A stretch of DNA of 60,469 nucleotides, counting the filler. It is 4 parts of 4 records of this genome, joined end to end, with 100 filler letters (N's around TTAATTAATTAA, not from the genome) between each part and the next. Parts side by side here need not be neighbours in the genome. Positions count along the whole stretch, not along the records: positions 1 to 30,154 come from SRR20825019_275; positions 30,255 to 42,463 come from SRR20825019_277; 2 more parts are not named here. One strand, given 5' to 3'. The notes beneath the pieces were generated by a model. That model ran no database searches. It had not been told where the DNA came from and saw only the letters and a program-made list of their open reading frames with translations. The stretch's first letter is position 1; every line of letters starts with the position of its first letter. Below are positions 22,132 to 31,611 of this stretch, piece after piece. The translations under genes and the position numbers were made by a program.

Positions 22132-24315
22132 ATGCAAGCCGCACCTGATCTGTTTTCCTATCGTAAATTCTGGGCTCACCGTTTTGGTGTTGCACCTGAA
22201 TTACCGATGTCGCGTGAAGAAATGGACGCGCTGGGCTGGGATTCCTGCGACATTATCATCGTCACCGGTGATGCCTACGTGGATCACCCCAGCTTTGGTA
22301 TGGCACTGATCGGACGTCTGTTGGAATCACACGGCTTTCGTGTCGGCATTATCTCTCAGCCTGACTGGACCAGTGCGGACGATTTCCAGAAGCTGGGTAA
22401 ACCCAATCTGTTTTTTGGGGTAACCGGCGGCAATATGGATTCGATGGTCAATCGCTACACCTCGGATCGCAAAATCCGCAGCAATGATGCCTACACCGCT
22501 GGCGGCGAGGGCGGCAAACGCCCTGATCACAGTGTTGTCGTTTACAGCCAACGTTGCCGCGAAGCCTTCAAAGGTGTGCCGGTGGTGATCGGTGGTATCG
22601 AAGCCAGCCTCAGACGCATTGCCCATTATGATTACTGGTCTGAAAAAGTCCGCCACAGTGTGCTGTTGGATTCCAAGGCCGACCTGCTGGTTTATGGCAA
22701 TGGCGAACGTCAGGTTGTCGAAATTGCTCATCGGCTGGCTGACGGCGAATCGGTCAAAGATCTGATCGATATCCGCGGCACCGCCTATATGACCAAACAT
22801 GGCCGCAGAGAAGGGTGGTGGGAAAAAGATTCAAGCTCAGTCGACACCCCCGGCAAACTGAATCCGCCGATTGATCCTTATCAGATGCAGACCGAAGCCA
22901 GCTGCGCCGAGGAAAAGGCACGTACGGAACAGGAAAAAGCTGACAAGCCAACAGGGAACGTAATCAAAATTCACCGGGTATCCCCGAGAAACGCCGATAA
23001 AACCGTGATTCGTCTACCGGCCTATAATCAGGTTAAAGGTGATCCCGTCACTTATGCCCATACGTCGCGAATTCTGCATCTGGAGACCAACCCCGGTAAT
23101 GCCCTGGCATTGGTGCAGCAGCACGGTGAACGCGATGTCTGGCTTAATCCGCCACCCATTCCGCTGACCACCAAGGAAATGGATGCGGTGTTTGATCTGC
23201 CATACAGCCGTGTACCGCACACCACTTACGGCAAGATGAATATCCCGGCCTATGAGATGATTCGTTTCTCGGTCAATATTATGCGTGGTTGTTTTGGTGG
23301 CTGTACTTTCTGTTCGATCACCGAACATGAAGGTCGCATTATTCAGAGCCGCAGTGAAGATTCGATTATCAAGGAAGTGGAAGCGATTCGTGACACCACA
23401 CCCGGTTTCACCGGTGTGATTTCCGATCTGGGCGGACCCACCGCCAATATGTACCGCCTGGCCTGTAACGACCCGGAAATTGAAGCCAGCTGCCGTCGAT
23501 TGTCCTGTGTCTATCCTGGCGTTTGTAAAAACCTGAATACCGATCACACACCGCTGATTAATCTTTACAAACGGGCCCGTTCACTGCCGGGAATTAAAAA
23601 AGTATTGATTGCCTCGGGGCTGCGCTATGACCTCGCTGTGCTGTCACCGGAATACGTCAAAGAGCTGGTAACTCATCATGTCGGCGGCTATCTCAAAATT
23701 GCGCCTGAACATACAGAAGACGGGCCGTTATCGCAGATGATGAAGCCGGGTATCGGTACTTATGACAAGTTCAAGCAGATGTTCGATAAATACTCGAAAG
23801 AAGCGGGTAAAGAACAGTATCTGATTCCTTACTTCATCGCCGCCCATCCCGGCACCACCGATGAAGATATGATGAATCTCGCTTTGTGGCTGAAACGAAA
23901 TGGCTTCCGTGCCGATCAGGTGCAGGCTTATCTGCCATCACCGATGTCAGCAGCGGCGGCGATGTATCACTCGGGTAAAGATACCCTGCATAAAGTGCGT
24001 CGCAAAGGCGGTGACATTACGGTGCCCAAGGGCCTGAAAGTGCGCCGGCTGCACAAGGCTTTTCTGCGTTACCACGACCCGGAAAACTGGCCGATGCTGC
24101 GTGAAGCATTGAAGAAAATGGGGCGTGCCGATCTGATTGGCAATGGCAAGAAGCACCTGATTCCAACCTGGCAACCGGCAGGTACTGGAGAAAGGGGTGA
24201 GGGTGCCCGTGTCAGTCGTAAAGCGAAAAGCGTTCAGGGTAATACGCGCCCATTTAAAACCCAGCACACGCGACCGGGTAAAACCAAAGTCAAAGCCTCT
24301 CGCCGTCGCCGTTAA
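22132..24315 (+). CDS. ygiQ: YgiQ family radical SAM protein
   Basis: [36 protein letters not shown] cluster motif, [10 protein letters not shown]. Confidence 0.95.
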   Translation: MQAAPDLFSYRKFWAHRFGVAPELPMSREEMDALGWDSCDIIIVTGDAYVDHPSFGMALIGRLLESHGFRVGIISQPDWTSADDFQKLGKPNLFFGVTGGNMDSMVNRYTSDRKIRSNDAYTAGGEGGKRPDHSVVVYSQRCREAFKGVPVVIGGIEASLRRIAHYDYWSEKVRHSVLLDSKADLLVYGNGERQVVEIAHRLADGESVKDLIDIRGTAYMTKHGRREGWWEKDSSSVDTPGKLNPPIDPYQMQTEASCAEEKARTEQEKADKPTGNVIKIHRVSPRNADKTVIRLPAYNQVKGDPVTYAHTSRILHLETNPGNALALVQQHGERDVWLNPPPIPLTTKEMDAVFDLPYSRVPHTTYGKMNIPAYEMIRFSVNIMRGCFGGCTFCSITEHEGRIIQSRSEDSIIKEVEAIRDTTPGFTGVISDLGGPTANMYRLACNDPEIEASCRRLSCVYPGVCKNLNTDHTPLINLYKRARSLPGIKKVLIASGLRYDLAVLSPEYVKELVTHHVGGYLKIAPEHTEDGPLSQMMKPGIGTYDKFKQMFDKYSKEAGKEQYLIPYFIAAHPGTTDEDMMNLALWLKRNGFRADQVQAYLPSPMSAAAAMYHSGKDTLHKVRRKGGDITVPKGLKVRRLHKAFLRYHDPENWPMLREALKKMGRADLIGNGKKHLIPTWQPAGTGERGEGARVSRKAKSVQGNTRPFKTQHTRPGKTKVKASRRRR

Positions 24316-24406
24316 CAGCAGCGAATAAAAATTTTTCTTATTTGAGAAACATTGATGTTTGCTAACGGTCAATGATGACAGTTTGAATCATTTTAAAGAG
24401 GTAGGG

Positions 24407-24967
24407 ATGCCTGGCCAGCAGCTCAATCGGCGTTACGACGGGTTTTCCGTTTTGCTTCACTGGAGCATTGCATTGTTTACAATTGCTTTGTTTGCTTCCG
24501 GTCTGTGGATGGTCGATCTCGGGTACTACGACGACTGGTACTATCAGGCGCCATGGTGGCATAAAGGCATCGGTGTCATCACCGCATTGCTCGTCATGAT
24601 TCGCTGGGTCTGGCAGTGTTTCCGAAATAAACCGGCCGAACTTCCCAGTATTCCGCTATGGCAGCGGATCAGTGCCAAAGCAGCTCATCTGCTGATGAAT
24701 CTGGCTATCCTGCTGCTATTCATCACGGGCTATCTAGTGGTCACTGCCAAAGGTGATCCGCTGGGTGTTTTCAACTGGTTCTCCATTCCTTCGCTGTTTA
24801 AAGATCAAAGCGGCTGGGCCGATTGGGCAGGGCACATGCACCTGTGGCTGGGCTGGTTTATTATCGCGCTGGCGTCACTGCATGCCCTGGCAGCGTTGAA
24901 ACATCATTTTATCGATAAGGACGCGACTTTAAAGCGTATGTTTGCCATTCCATCAGGAGATGATTGA
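24407..24967 (+). CDS. yceJ: Cytochrome b561 (YceJ-like)
   Basis: Four TM helices with heme His ligands (LHW, WHKGIG, AHLL, MHLW, LHALAALKHH), paired with yceI. Confidence 0.85.
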   Translation: MPGQQLNRRYDGFSVLLHWSIALFTIALFASGLWMVDLGYYDDWYYQAPWWHKGIGVITALLVMIRWVWQCFRNKPAELPSIPLWQRISAKAAHLLMNLAILLLFITGYLVVTAKGDPLGVFNWFSIPSLFKDQSGWADWAGHMHLWLGWFIIALASLHALAALKHHFIDKDATLKRMFAIPSGDD

Positions 24968-25539
24968 TGAAAAAAACCTTACTTGCCATGTCTTTTCTGG
25001 GATTGTCGGCGATGTTGCCGGTCCATGCCGCCGAGTATGTAATTGACACCGAAAAAGCGCATGCTTTTATCGACTTTCGTATTCAGCATCTGGGCTTCAG
25101 TTGGATGAGTGGTCGGTTTAACGATTTTACCGGCACATTTGACTACGATGCTGCGCAGCCGGAAGCCTCTGAAATCGATGTAGTGATCGATGTCGCCAGT
25201 GTTGATACTAATTTTGCCGAGCGTGACAAACACTTACGCGAGAAATTTTTGCACACGGATGAATACCCAGAAGCCACGTTTAAATCTAAATCTTTCGAAA
25301 AACAGGAAGATGGCAGTTTGCTGCTGACCGGTGACTTCACCCTGCATGGCGTGACCAACGAACTGGTCATCCCGGTTGAGAAAGTAGGTGAAGGCGATGA
25401 TCCCTGGGGCGGATACCGCGCCGGCTTTGTCGGTGAAACCAAGTTCACCATTGCCGACTACGGTATCGATGTCAGTATGCTGGGTCCATCAGCACAGGAA
25501 GTTTATCTGACCCTGTCAATTGAGGGCATTCGTCAGTAA
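24964..25539 (+). CDS. yceI: YceI polyisoprenoid-binding periplasmic protein
   Basis: Signal peptide, HLGFS...GRF, ERDKHLR, LHGVT, DPWGGYRAGF. Confidence 0.92.
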   Translation: MMKKTLLAMSFLGLSAMLPVHAAEYVIDTEKAHAFIDFRIQHLGFSWMSGRFNDFTGTFDYDAAQPEASEIDVVIDVASVDTNFAERDKHLREKFLHTDEYPEATFKSKSFEKQEDGSLLLTGDFTLHGVTNELVIPVEKVGEGDDPWGGYRAGFVGETKFTIADYGIDVSMLGPSAQEVYLTLSIEGIRQ

Positions 25540-25779
25540 CTAAACCTGTTTGGCCAGCTCATAGAGCCGGTCAAACTCTTCTGGCAGGCTGTTTACTGGT
25601 AACGACTTTCCCGCGCGGTTATACCAGTAGGCAGCATTGCCTTTATCCCCTTCAACGCGGTGCAGGTAGCCATGCACCATGCACGCCAGACTATCTTCGT
25701 AAACCTGAATCGTGTGGTGTGCGCTGTCCCAATCTCCCTGGGCCGCCAGTTCCAATGATTGTAAGTGTTGTGTTGCCAT
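25540..25779 (-). CDS. Conserved small hypothetical protein
   Basis: Strong RBS GGAGGAG; conserved-looking motif HGYLHRVEGDKGNAAYWYNRAG. Confidence 0.75.
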   Translation of the reverse strand: MATQHLQSLELAAQGDWDSAHHTIQVYEDSLACMVHGYLHRVEGDKGNAAYWYNRAGKSLPVNSLPEEFDRLYELAKQV

Positions 25780-25878
25780 AGTCATCTCCTCCCAGAAATG
25801 TTCTGACAACACTATGCTATAACAGATTGAAATAAATAGAAAATATGAGGGTGCCGGAGGCAGGGCTGGGCAATGGCT

Positions 25879-26001
25879 TTATGGCTGGCCGGCCAGCCAC
25901 AACAGGCCTCCGACGACGGCAAATGGAGAAGTCACAACCACAAACAGCAGTCGCGCTAATTCTCTCAAAACATAGATAGCATCAATAATCAGCATTAACA
26001 T
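25879..26001 (-). CDS. Putative 40-aa small membrane protein (below the ORF-track cut-off)
   Basis: GAGGA 6 nt before ATG; translates MLMLIIDAIYVLRELARLLFVVVTSPFAVVGGLLWLAGQP*, with a ~20-aa hydrophobic helix; fills otherwise empty intergenic space. Confidence 0.6.
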   Translation of the reverse strand: MLMLIIDAIYVLRELARLLFVVVTSPFAVVGGLLWLAGQP

Positions 26002-26087
26002 ATTCTGTCCTCGCTCCATCGAATCAGATGCTTTGCATTATAATGCCCGCTTGTGACAGCCAAATGACGACAAACTATCTCGCTACT

Positions 26088-26771
26088 ATGAAAATTCTTG
26101 CATTAGATACCTGCACCGAAATGTGCTCTGTTGCCTTGTTGAGTCAAAACCAGTTATTTGAGCAGGCAATAATGACCCAACGCGGACACTCAGAACGTGT
26201 ATTGGGTATGCTCGATGAGCTGCTGCAAAAAGCAGGCGTCGGACTGAAAGATATCGATGTGCTGGCCTTTGGTCGCGGGCCGGGGTCTTTTACCGGCGTT
26301 CGTATTGGGGTGGGCGTGGCTCAGGGCATTGCTTTTGCTCGACAGCTGCCGGTGGTGCCGGTATCGACGCTGGCGGCTGTAGCTCAGAGAGCGATTGATG
26401 AGTTAGGTGCAACACATATTGCCGTGGCACTTGATGCCCGCATGGGCGAAATCTATGCAGCGCATTATCGTGACGAAAACGGGCTAGCAGTCTTGTGTGA
26501 TCAGGAGCAGGTTTGTCCGCCCGAGCAGTTCCAACCCCTGGATGACAATAAATGGTTTGCTGCCGGCACCGGCTGGCAGGAACACGCCGAAGCATTAAAG
26601 GCTGCTTTTGCAGATCGTCTTTCAGGTGAGGATGCCACTTTATTACCTACCGCAGCCGCGATGAGCAAGTTGGCATATAGCCTGGCTGAGCAAGGTCAAA
26701 CTATCTCAGCAGAGCAGGCTGTGCCAGTTTACCTGCGGGACAATGTGGCCAAGAAAAAAGGCGAGCAGTGA
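26088..26771 (+). CDS. tsaB: tRNA t6A biosynthesis protein TsaB
   Basis: MKILALDT, GRGPGSFTGVRIG, LDARMGEIY, PVYLRD. Confidence 0.96.
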   Translation: MKILALDTCTEMCSVALLSQNQLFEQAIMTQRGHSERVLGMLDELLQKAGVGLKDIDVLAFGRGPGSFTGVRIGVGVAQGIAFARQLPVVPVSTLAAVAQRAIDELGATHIAVALDARMGEIYAAHYRDENGLAVLCDQEQVCPPEQFQPLDDNKWFAAGTGWQEHAEALKAAFADRLSGEDATLLPTAAAMSKLAYSLAEQGQTISAEQAVPVYLRDNVAKKKGEQ

Positions 26772-27502
26772 TGGCGGTGGAAAAAGACAATCTCTTTGCC
26801 GCGCCACTGCAGAAAATGGTCGACTTTCGTTTTGATGAAAGGGTCGTCAGCGTTTTCCCGGACATGATTCAGCGCTCGGTGCCGGGCTATGCCACGCTCA
26901 TCAGCAACATTGGCACTATGGCAGCCCGTTATGTCCAGGCACATAGTCATTGCTACGATTTGGGCTGTTCTCTGGGCGCCGTCAGCCTGTCTTTACGTCA
27001 TGCTATTGATAAGCCTGACTGTAAAATCATTGCTGTTGATAACTCCGAGGCGATGATTGCCAAGGCGCGTGAAGTGCTGGCTGAAGATGAAAAATCAGTG
27101 CCGGTGGAATTGCGCTGCGCTGATATCAATGAAGTCAGTATAGAAAAGGCTTCAGTCGTTGTTATGAATTTCACACTGCAGTTTATCGCGCCTGAGCTAA
27201 GGCAGACGCTGATACAAAAAATTTATGATGGCATGCTGCAGGGCGGGGTCTTAATCCTGTCAGAAAAACTGGCCTTTGAAGACCCGCAAACCAATCAGTT
27301 TCATATTGATTCACACCACGACTTTAAACGTGCCAATGGTTACAGTGATCTGGAAATCAGCCAGAAACGTAGCGCGCTGGAAAAGGTGTTGATTCCCGAG
27401 ACATTGGCCCAGCATCAATCGCGATTGCAGCAGGCGGGTTTCAGCTTTGTTGAAAAGTGGTATCAGTGCTTTAACTTTGTATCCATGGTGGCGGTTAAAT
27501 GA
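26771..27502 (+). CDS. cmoA: Carboxy-SAM synthase CmoA
   Basis: [44 protein letters not shown]. Confidence 0.96.
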   Translation: MAVEKDNLFAAPLQKMVDFRFDERVVSVFPDMIQRSVPGYATLISNIGTMAARYVQAHSHCYDLGCSLGAVSLSLRHAIDKPDCKIIAVDNSEAMIAKAREVLAEDEKSVPVELRCADINEVSIEKASVVVMNFTLQFIAPELRQTLIQKIYDGMLQGGVLILSEKLAFEDPQTNQFHIDSHHDFKRANGYSDLEISQKRSALEKVLIPETLAQHQSRLQQAGFSFVEKWYQCFNFVSMVAVK

Positions 27503-28473
27503 GTGCCTATCAACCGCTATTCGATATCCTCGACAAAGCCGGTTTCAATGAATGGCGTCAGCAACTACAAAGCCGTATTGAATCGCAACTATCGTTGACC
27601 CGTCACGGCAAGATGCCGATGTGGCAGGAGGCACTGAATGCTTTACCTGCTGTGGTACCCAGTGAGATTGAATTAAAAGATCATGTGACCATCGGCAGGG
27701 CCGCCGATCTGGCGGATGTTGATCGCGAAACGTTTATCAGACAGGTCAAACGTTTTCATCCCTGGCGTAAAGGCCCGTATTGGCTGTTTGATATTCATCT
27801 TGATACCGAGTGGCGCTCAGACTGGAAATGGGACCGGGTTCTGCCACACCTGAGTCCACTCAAAGGTCGTCGTGTACTGGATGTCGGTGGTGGTAATGGC
27901 TATCACGGCTGGCGCATGCTGGGAGAGGGGGCGAACCTGGTGCTGGGGATTGACCCGACACTGGTGTTCACAATGCAGTACCAGCTGATGAATCATTTTA
28001 TCGGCAGTGACCGTCACTTCGTTGTGCCCATCGGTATTGAGCATATGCCGCATAACCTGGGCTGGTTCGATACCGTGTTTTCTATGGGGGTGTTATACCA
28101 CCGGAAATCACCGCTGAGCCACCTTCTGGAACTGCGATCCTGCCTTAAACCGGGCGGCGAACTGGTGCTGGAAACCCTGATCATTGAAGGCGGTCCGGAG
28201 ATGACCCTGATGCCGGAAGAACGCTACGCCAAAATGCGTAACGTCTGGTTTATCCCGTCGGTGGAGATGATGTTACTGTGGCTACGCCGCTGCGGTTTTA
28301 AGAATGCACGCTGTGTTGATGTTGATGTGACATCGCTTGATGAGCAGCGTCAGACCGAATGGATGACTTTTGAATCGCTTTCAGACTTTCTGGATCCAGA
28401 AGATCGTAGTAAGACGATTGAGGGTTATCCGGCACCGATGCGCGGTATTTTTATCGCTGATGCGCCAAAATGA
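27499..28473 (+). CDS. cmoB: tRNA U34 carboxymethyltransferase CmoB
   Basis: [45 protein letters not shown]. Confidence 0.97.
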   Translation: MSAYQPLFDILDKAGFNEWRQQLQSRIESQLSLTRHGKMPMWQEALNALPAVVPSEIELKDHVTIGRAADLADVDRETFIRQVKRFHPWRKGPYWLFDIHLDTEWRSDWKWDRVLPHLSPLKGRRVLDVGGGNGYHGWRMLGEGANLVLGIDPTLVFTMQYQLMNHFIGSDRHFVVPIGIEHMPHNLGWFDTVFSMGVLYHRKSPLSHLLELRSCLKPGGELVLETLIIEGGPEMTLMPEERYAKMRNVWFIPSVEMMLLWLRRCGFKNARCVDVDVTSLDEQRQTEWMTFESLSDFLDPEDRSKTIEGYPAPMRGIFIADAPK

Positions 28474-28860
28474 TTACAGTGCGGTGGCAGCCGGTGTGAT
28501 CGAAATCCACTGACCACTGCTGTTTTTGCAGGCATCCAGAGACTTTACTTCCGTCACGTTATCTTTAGTAATCGAGAGATCGTAAGCAAGACAAGGGTAA
28601 TGTCCATAGGAATAGGTGTGGTCTATGTTGATCTCATAAGCATTACCGGTTTCTTGATTAACCCAGTAATGACGGGAGCCCACGGCCTCTGTCGACAAAG
28701 CCTTTTGCGTCTGTTCCAGATCAGTCGTGGTCATTGAGGTATCAGTCTCAATACCTGCCTCGACGCCTGCGAGCAGATCTAATGAAGCTTCGGTGCTTGT
28801 GATGATGCCAAATGAAGCTATCGAGGCAATGCCTATTCTGAGTAGCTTGTTAAACAACAT
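28474..28860 (-). CDS. Exported protein, 17-kDa surface antigen (RT0821/Lpp0805)-like C-terminal domain
   Basis: Signal-like N-terminus; W.N..TG...C..Y...AC....GQW pattern. Confidence 0.6.
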   Translation of the reverse strand: MLFNKLLRIGIASIASFGIITSTEASLDLLAGVEAGIETDTSMTTTDLEQTQKALSTEAVGSRHYWVNQETGNAYEINIDHTYSYGHYPCLAYDLSITKDNVTEVKSLDACKNSSGQWISITPAATAL

Positions 28861-29011
28861 AAACTTCCATGATAGGAGTATAAGCTAGCTATTAAAATAC
28901 GCCAGTCAATTTCACGGATGAGCAAAACATCCTATAAATGCAGGAGGTTTTTCCTCAAATCAGCTGAGTATATACCTGAGCTGAAAGCATTTCCAACCAA
29001 TTCAGGCTCTA

Positions 29012-29431
29012 TCACCGGTCACATACCTTCCCCAAAAGACGAATGGCCATGTCGACCTCATAGGTCATTGTATGGTGCTGGCGCAGAAACTCTTTCTGAA
29101 CCAGATAAGCTTCTCGCTCCAGCATCATTTGTGTTTGACAGGGCAGTGGCATATCAGCCATTTTGCCGGCTTTATCCTGCAGGTAGTGAACAAGCTCGTG
29201 CACGATAAAACCTCTGGCAGTAATACTGCTATCCAAGTTCATTTTTTCATCGTAAAAAATGGTGGAGGATTTGTCTTCGTAATAGGCCAGTGCATTACAT
29301 TCACGCCCATCGCAGAGCGTGTTCACCAACCTTGAGTGTGTTACCGGCGTTAATGTCGGCATAAGCGCCGGTTCCGGATAAGCACTCAGGCTCACCGCCC
29401 ACATCAGCAAACTGCTTAATACTTCCTGCAT
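29012..29431 (-). CDS. Small exported protein with HExxH zinc-binding motif
   Basis: RBS GGAGG; hydrophobic N-terminus; ALAYY, HELVHYLQ and EREAY motifs. Confidence 0.65.
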   Translation of the reverse strand: MQEVLSSLLMWAVSLSAYPEPALMPTLTPVTHSRLVNTLCDGRECNALAYYEDKSSTIFYDEKMNLDSSITARGFIVHELVHYLQDKAGKMADMPLPCQTQMMLEREAYLVQKEFLRQHHTMTYEVDMAIRLLGKVCDR

Positions 29432-29519
29432 CACAGCTTCCTCCCTGACCATGTTTCAATATCGACATGGCGCTGACCATCAGGGTTCTCCACGCCGACG
29501 AATGTGGACAAGAAAGGGC

Positions 29520-29966
29520 TTATTGCAGTTTATTGGCCTCAAGATATTGATCGAGAAACTCTTCGACAAAGAAGGCCAGGTCCTCGATTATTTCATCCTG
29601 ATCAGTGACGTTATTTGCGTATCGGCCCCAGACGAAACCCTTCGTGTGGTAACAGCTGCCACTCGCTTGAAAATAAAGCTGACGATTGAAGTCGAGATAA
29701 ATGAGATATTCACCAGCATGTTTTTCAACACGGGCAAATAGCTGGGCATCGTCACGCTGGCCAATTTCAATATCGGTCTCTGAAACAAGCGATTCGACCA
29801 TAGTCTGTATAGCCTTTTCGTCGACTTCTTTCGGTTCGATTGTGTAAACAACAGTCAGAGTTTCCGGCTGATTTATTTCCAGGCCGTTAGAAGACTCTGT
29901 GGCTGAGACGACAGAATTAAATAAGATGAGGAAGGGGAGTAGTATTAGTTTCAGGCTAAGTTTCAT
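29520..29966 (-). CDS. Exported hypothetical protein
   Basis: Signal peptide MKLSLKLILLPFLILFNSVVSA; no recognised domain. Confidence 0.65.
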   Translation of the reverse strand: MKLSLKLILLPFLILFNSVVSATESSNGLEINQPETLTVVYTIEPKEVDEKAIQTMVESLVSETDIEIGQRDDAQLFARVEKHAGEYLIYLDFNRQLYFQASGSCYHTKGFVWGRYANNVTDQDEIIEDLAFFVEEFLDQYLEANKLQ

Positions 29967-30042
29967 GGTGTTGTAGATGGTTGCCGACATCAGTTCAATC
30001 TAGCAGAAACCATGCTGTCGTGAAACAGGCTTAAGCAGAAAC

Positions 30043-30075
30043 AAAAAAGCCCTAAGCAACGAGTGCTCAGGGCTT
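30043..30075 (-). terminator. Rho-independent terminator after tRNA-Ser
   Basis: AAGCCCTGAGCA-ctcgt-TGCTTAGGGCTT followed by T-run on the minus strand. Confidence 0.85.
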
Positions 30076-30080
30076 ATATT

Positions 30081-30154
30081 TGGCGGAGGGACAGGGATTC
30101 GAACCCTGGATGGTCGTTAAACCATGCCGGTTTTCAAGACCGGTGCATTCAACC
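30081..30154 (-). tRNA. tRNA-Ser(TGA), 5' end cut by contig end
   Basis: Reverse complement GGTTGAATGCACCGGTC-TTGAAA-ACCGG, long variable arm, GGTTCGAATCC T-loop, encoded CCA. Confidence 0.95.
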
Positions 30155-30254
30155 NNNNNNNNNNNNNNNNNNNNNNNNNNNNNNNNNNNNNNNNNNNNTT
30201 AATTAATTAANNNNNNNNNNNNNNNNNNNNNNNNNNNNNNNNNNNNNNNNNNNN
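30155..30254. other. Artificial contig spacer
   Basis: 44 N + TTAATTAATTAA (stops in all six frames) + 44 N. Confidence 0.98.
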
Positions 30255-30285
30255 CAAGTCTGAACAGAGTCAGGCACGCCAGCGA

Positions 30286-30998
30286 GGCGGTCTATCGTTT
30301 CCCCGCGCCACCGGGAGCCGGCGAGACTCAAGGGGCGCGAAAAGAGTCGGCGAAGGCGCGTTGGTTAACAGTGGGCCGTCGAAGGTGCCGCATATAAGGC
30401 TCTAGTCGATGGCTGCATTCACGCCAACGATGCCTCTCGTTTGGGCCGACGGCCGGGCGGATCCGGCAACACGCCCCAGACGGATCCTCACGGGATCCCA
30501 ACACTTGCGTGCTCAAGGCCGCGACGAATGAGTGCTGAGCGAACCGCACCGTGACTGCGGAGCCGACTGACCGGCCCGCTGGCGGGCTATCGTTTGCCCG
30601 ACGGGCCGCAGTCGTGGGTGAAGGGGCGCGAAACTCGGTCAGGGCCGGGCGGCGTCAGGAGGAGGCCCCGCCCGCGACCGCCGCCGCGCCGCCGCGGGGC
30701 TGGCTGTCGGAGTCGCGAGGGAGTCAGTGATTGAGTCAGTCCGCCGGGAGCCCTGAAACTCGGGCCGTGACGTACCCGGGGATCCCACTGATGAGTGAAT
30801 CAAAGGCGCGCCCCGGCGTGGGACGGAGGCCCAGACTGAGACGGCGGCCGGCCCGCTGGGTGCCAGTGATTGAGTCCGGCAGAGCCGGACGCCGGCCCGA
30901 GCGGCCGCCCGGCGCAGGCCGGGGCGCTCGGGCGGGCTATCCTTTGCCCGCGGCCGGCGGGGGGCGGCTGTCATTGGCGTTGCGTGCTGGGGCGCGAA
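30286..30998 (+). repeat. Three dispersed copies of a two-part motif upstream of the eukaryotic LRR gene
   Basis: GGCGG(G/T)CTATC(G/C)TTT(G/C)CCCG at 30286, 30581 and 30931, each followed by GGGGCGCGAA at 30332, 30623 and 30989. Confidence 0.75.
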
Positions 30999-31554
30999 CT
31001 CCAAAACTTCAGTACGGCGGTTCTGCCACGGGGGCTCCGAGTCATGGTGATCAGAGAGCCCACTGGAGTCACTGACACGAACGCCCCGGAAATACCCACT
31101 CGTTACATAGAGGGAATCGTTATTGCCAGATGAGTAGTATGGGCTCATGACGGATGGCCGGCCTCCATACGGGCCCCGCCCGGCGGAGTGCGGTCCGGTC
31201 GTCACCGAGCGGGCCGGCCGGGCGCCCGGCCGCCCGCCGCGGGGGCCGGGCCGCCGGGGGGCCGGGCCGCCGGGGGCCGGAGTCCGGCCAGCCGCCCCAC
31301 TAGGCGGGCCGTGCCGGGCGCCCCCGGCACTGCCGGGACGGAGCGGCCCGGACCACCCGGGCCCCCGCGGCGGTCGGGCCAGCGGTCGGGCCGCCGGGAG
31401 TGTCAGCTGCTTGGGCTGGCTGCTCAACTTGGGCGCTGCTCGGCGACAGCGCCCGACTTCCTGCATCCCGTGGGGCTTGGTGCCTGAGCTGCCGTGCACC
31501 TTGGAGCGCCACCCGCACGTCGCTGGCTCTGGGGTACCGAGGCCGCCCCGGCCA

Positions 31555-31562
31555 TATATAAG
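31555..31562 (+). promoter_or_regulatory. TATA box of the LRR gene
   Basis: TATATAAG in an otherwise very GC-rich region, ~50 nt upstream of an ATG in good Kozak context (ACAATGG). Confidence 0.6.
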
Positions 31563-31611
31563 CTGGTGTGCGCCACTATACCAGTCCATACCGAACAAGC
31601 CGACTGTCACA

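Noticed and set aside
24324-24342. AATAAAAATTTTTCTTATT dyad upstream of yceJI as a Fur box
   Set aside because: Only about 13/19 match to consensus in AT-rich sequence; too weak without conservation data
26088-30154. tsaB-cmoAB next to tRNA-Ser(TGA), a cmo5U substrate, as a functional cluster
   Set aside because: Opposite strands, three unrelated genes in between, and no evidence of co-regulation
30081-30154. Partial tRNA as an attR remnant of an integrated element
   Set aside because: Truncation coincides with the contig end, a normal terminator follows, and no integrase is visible
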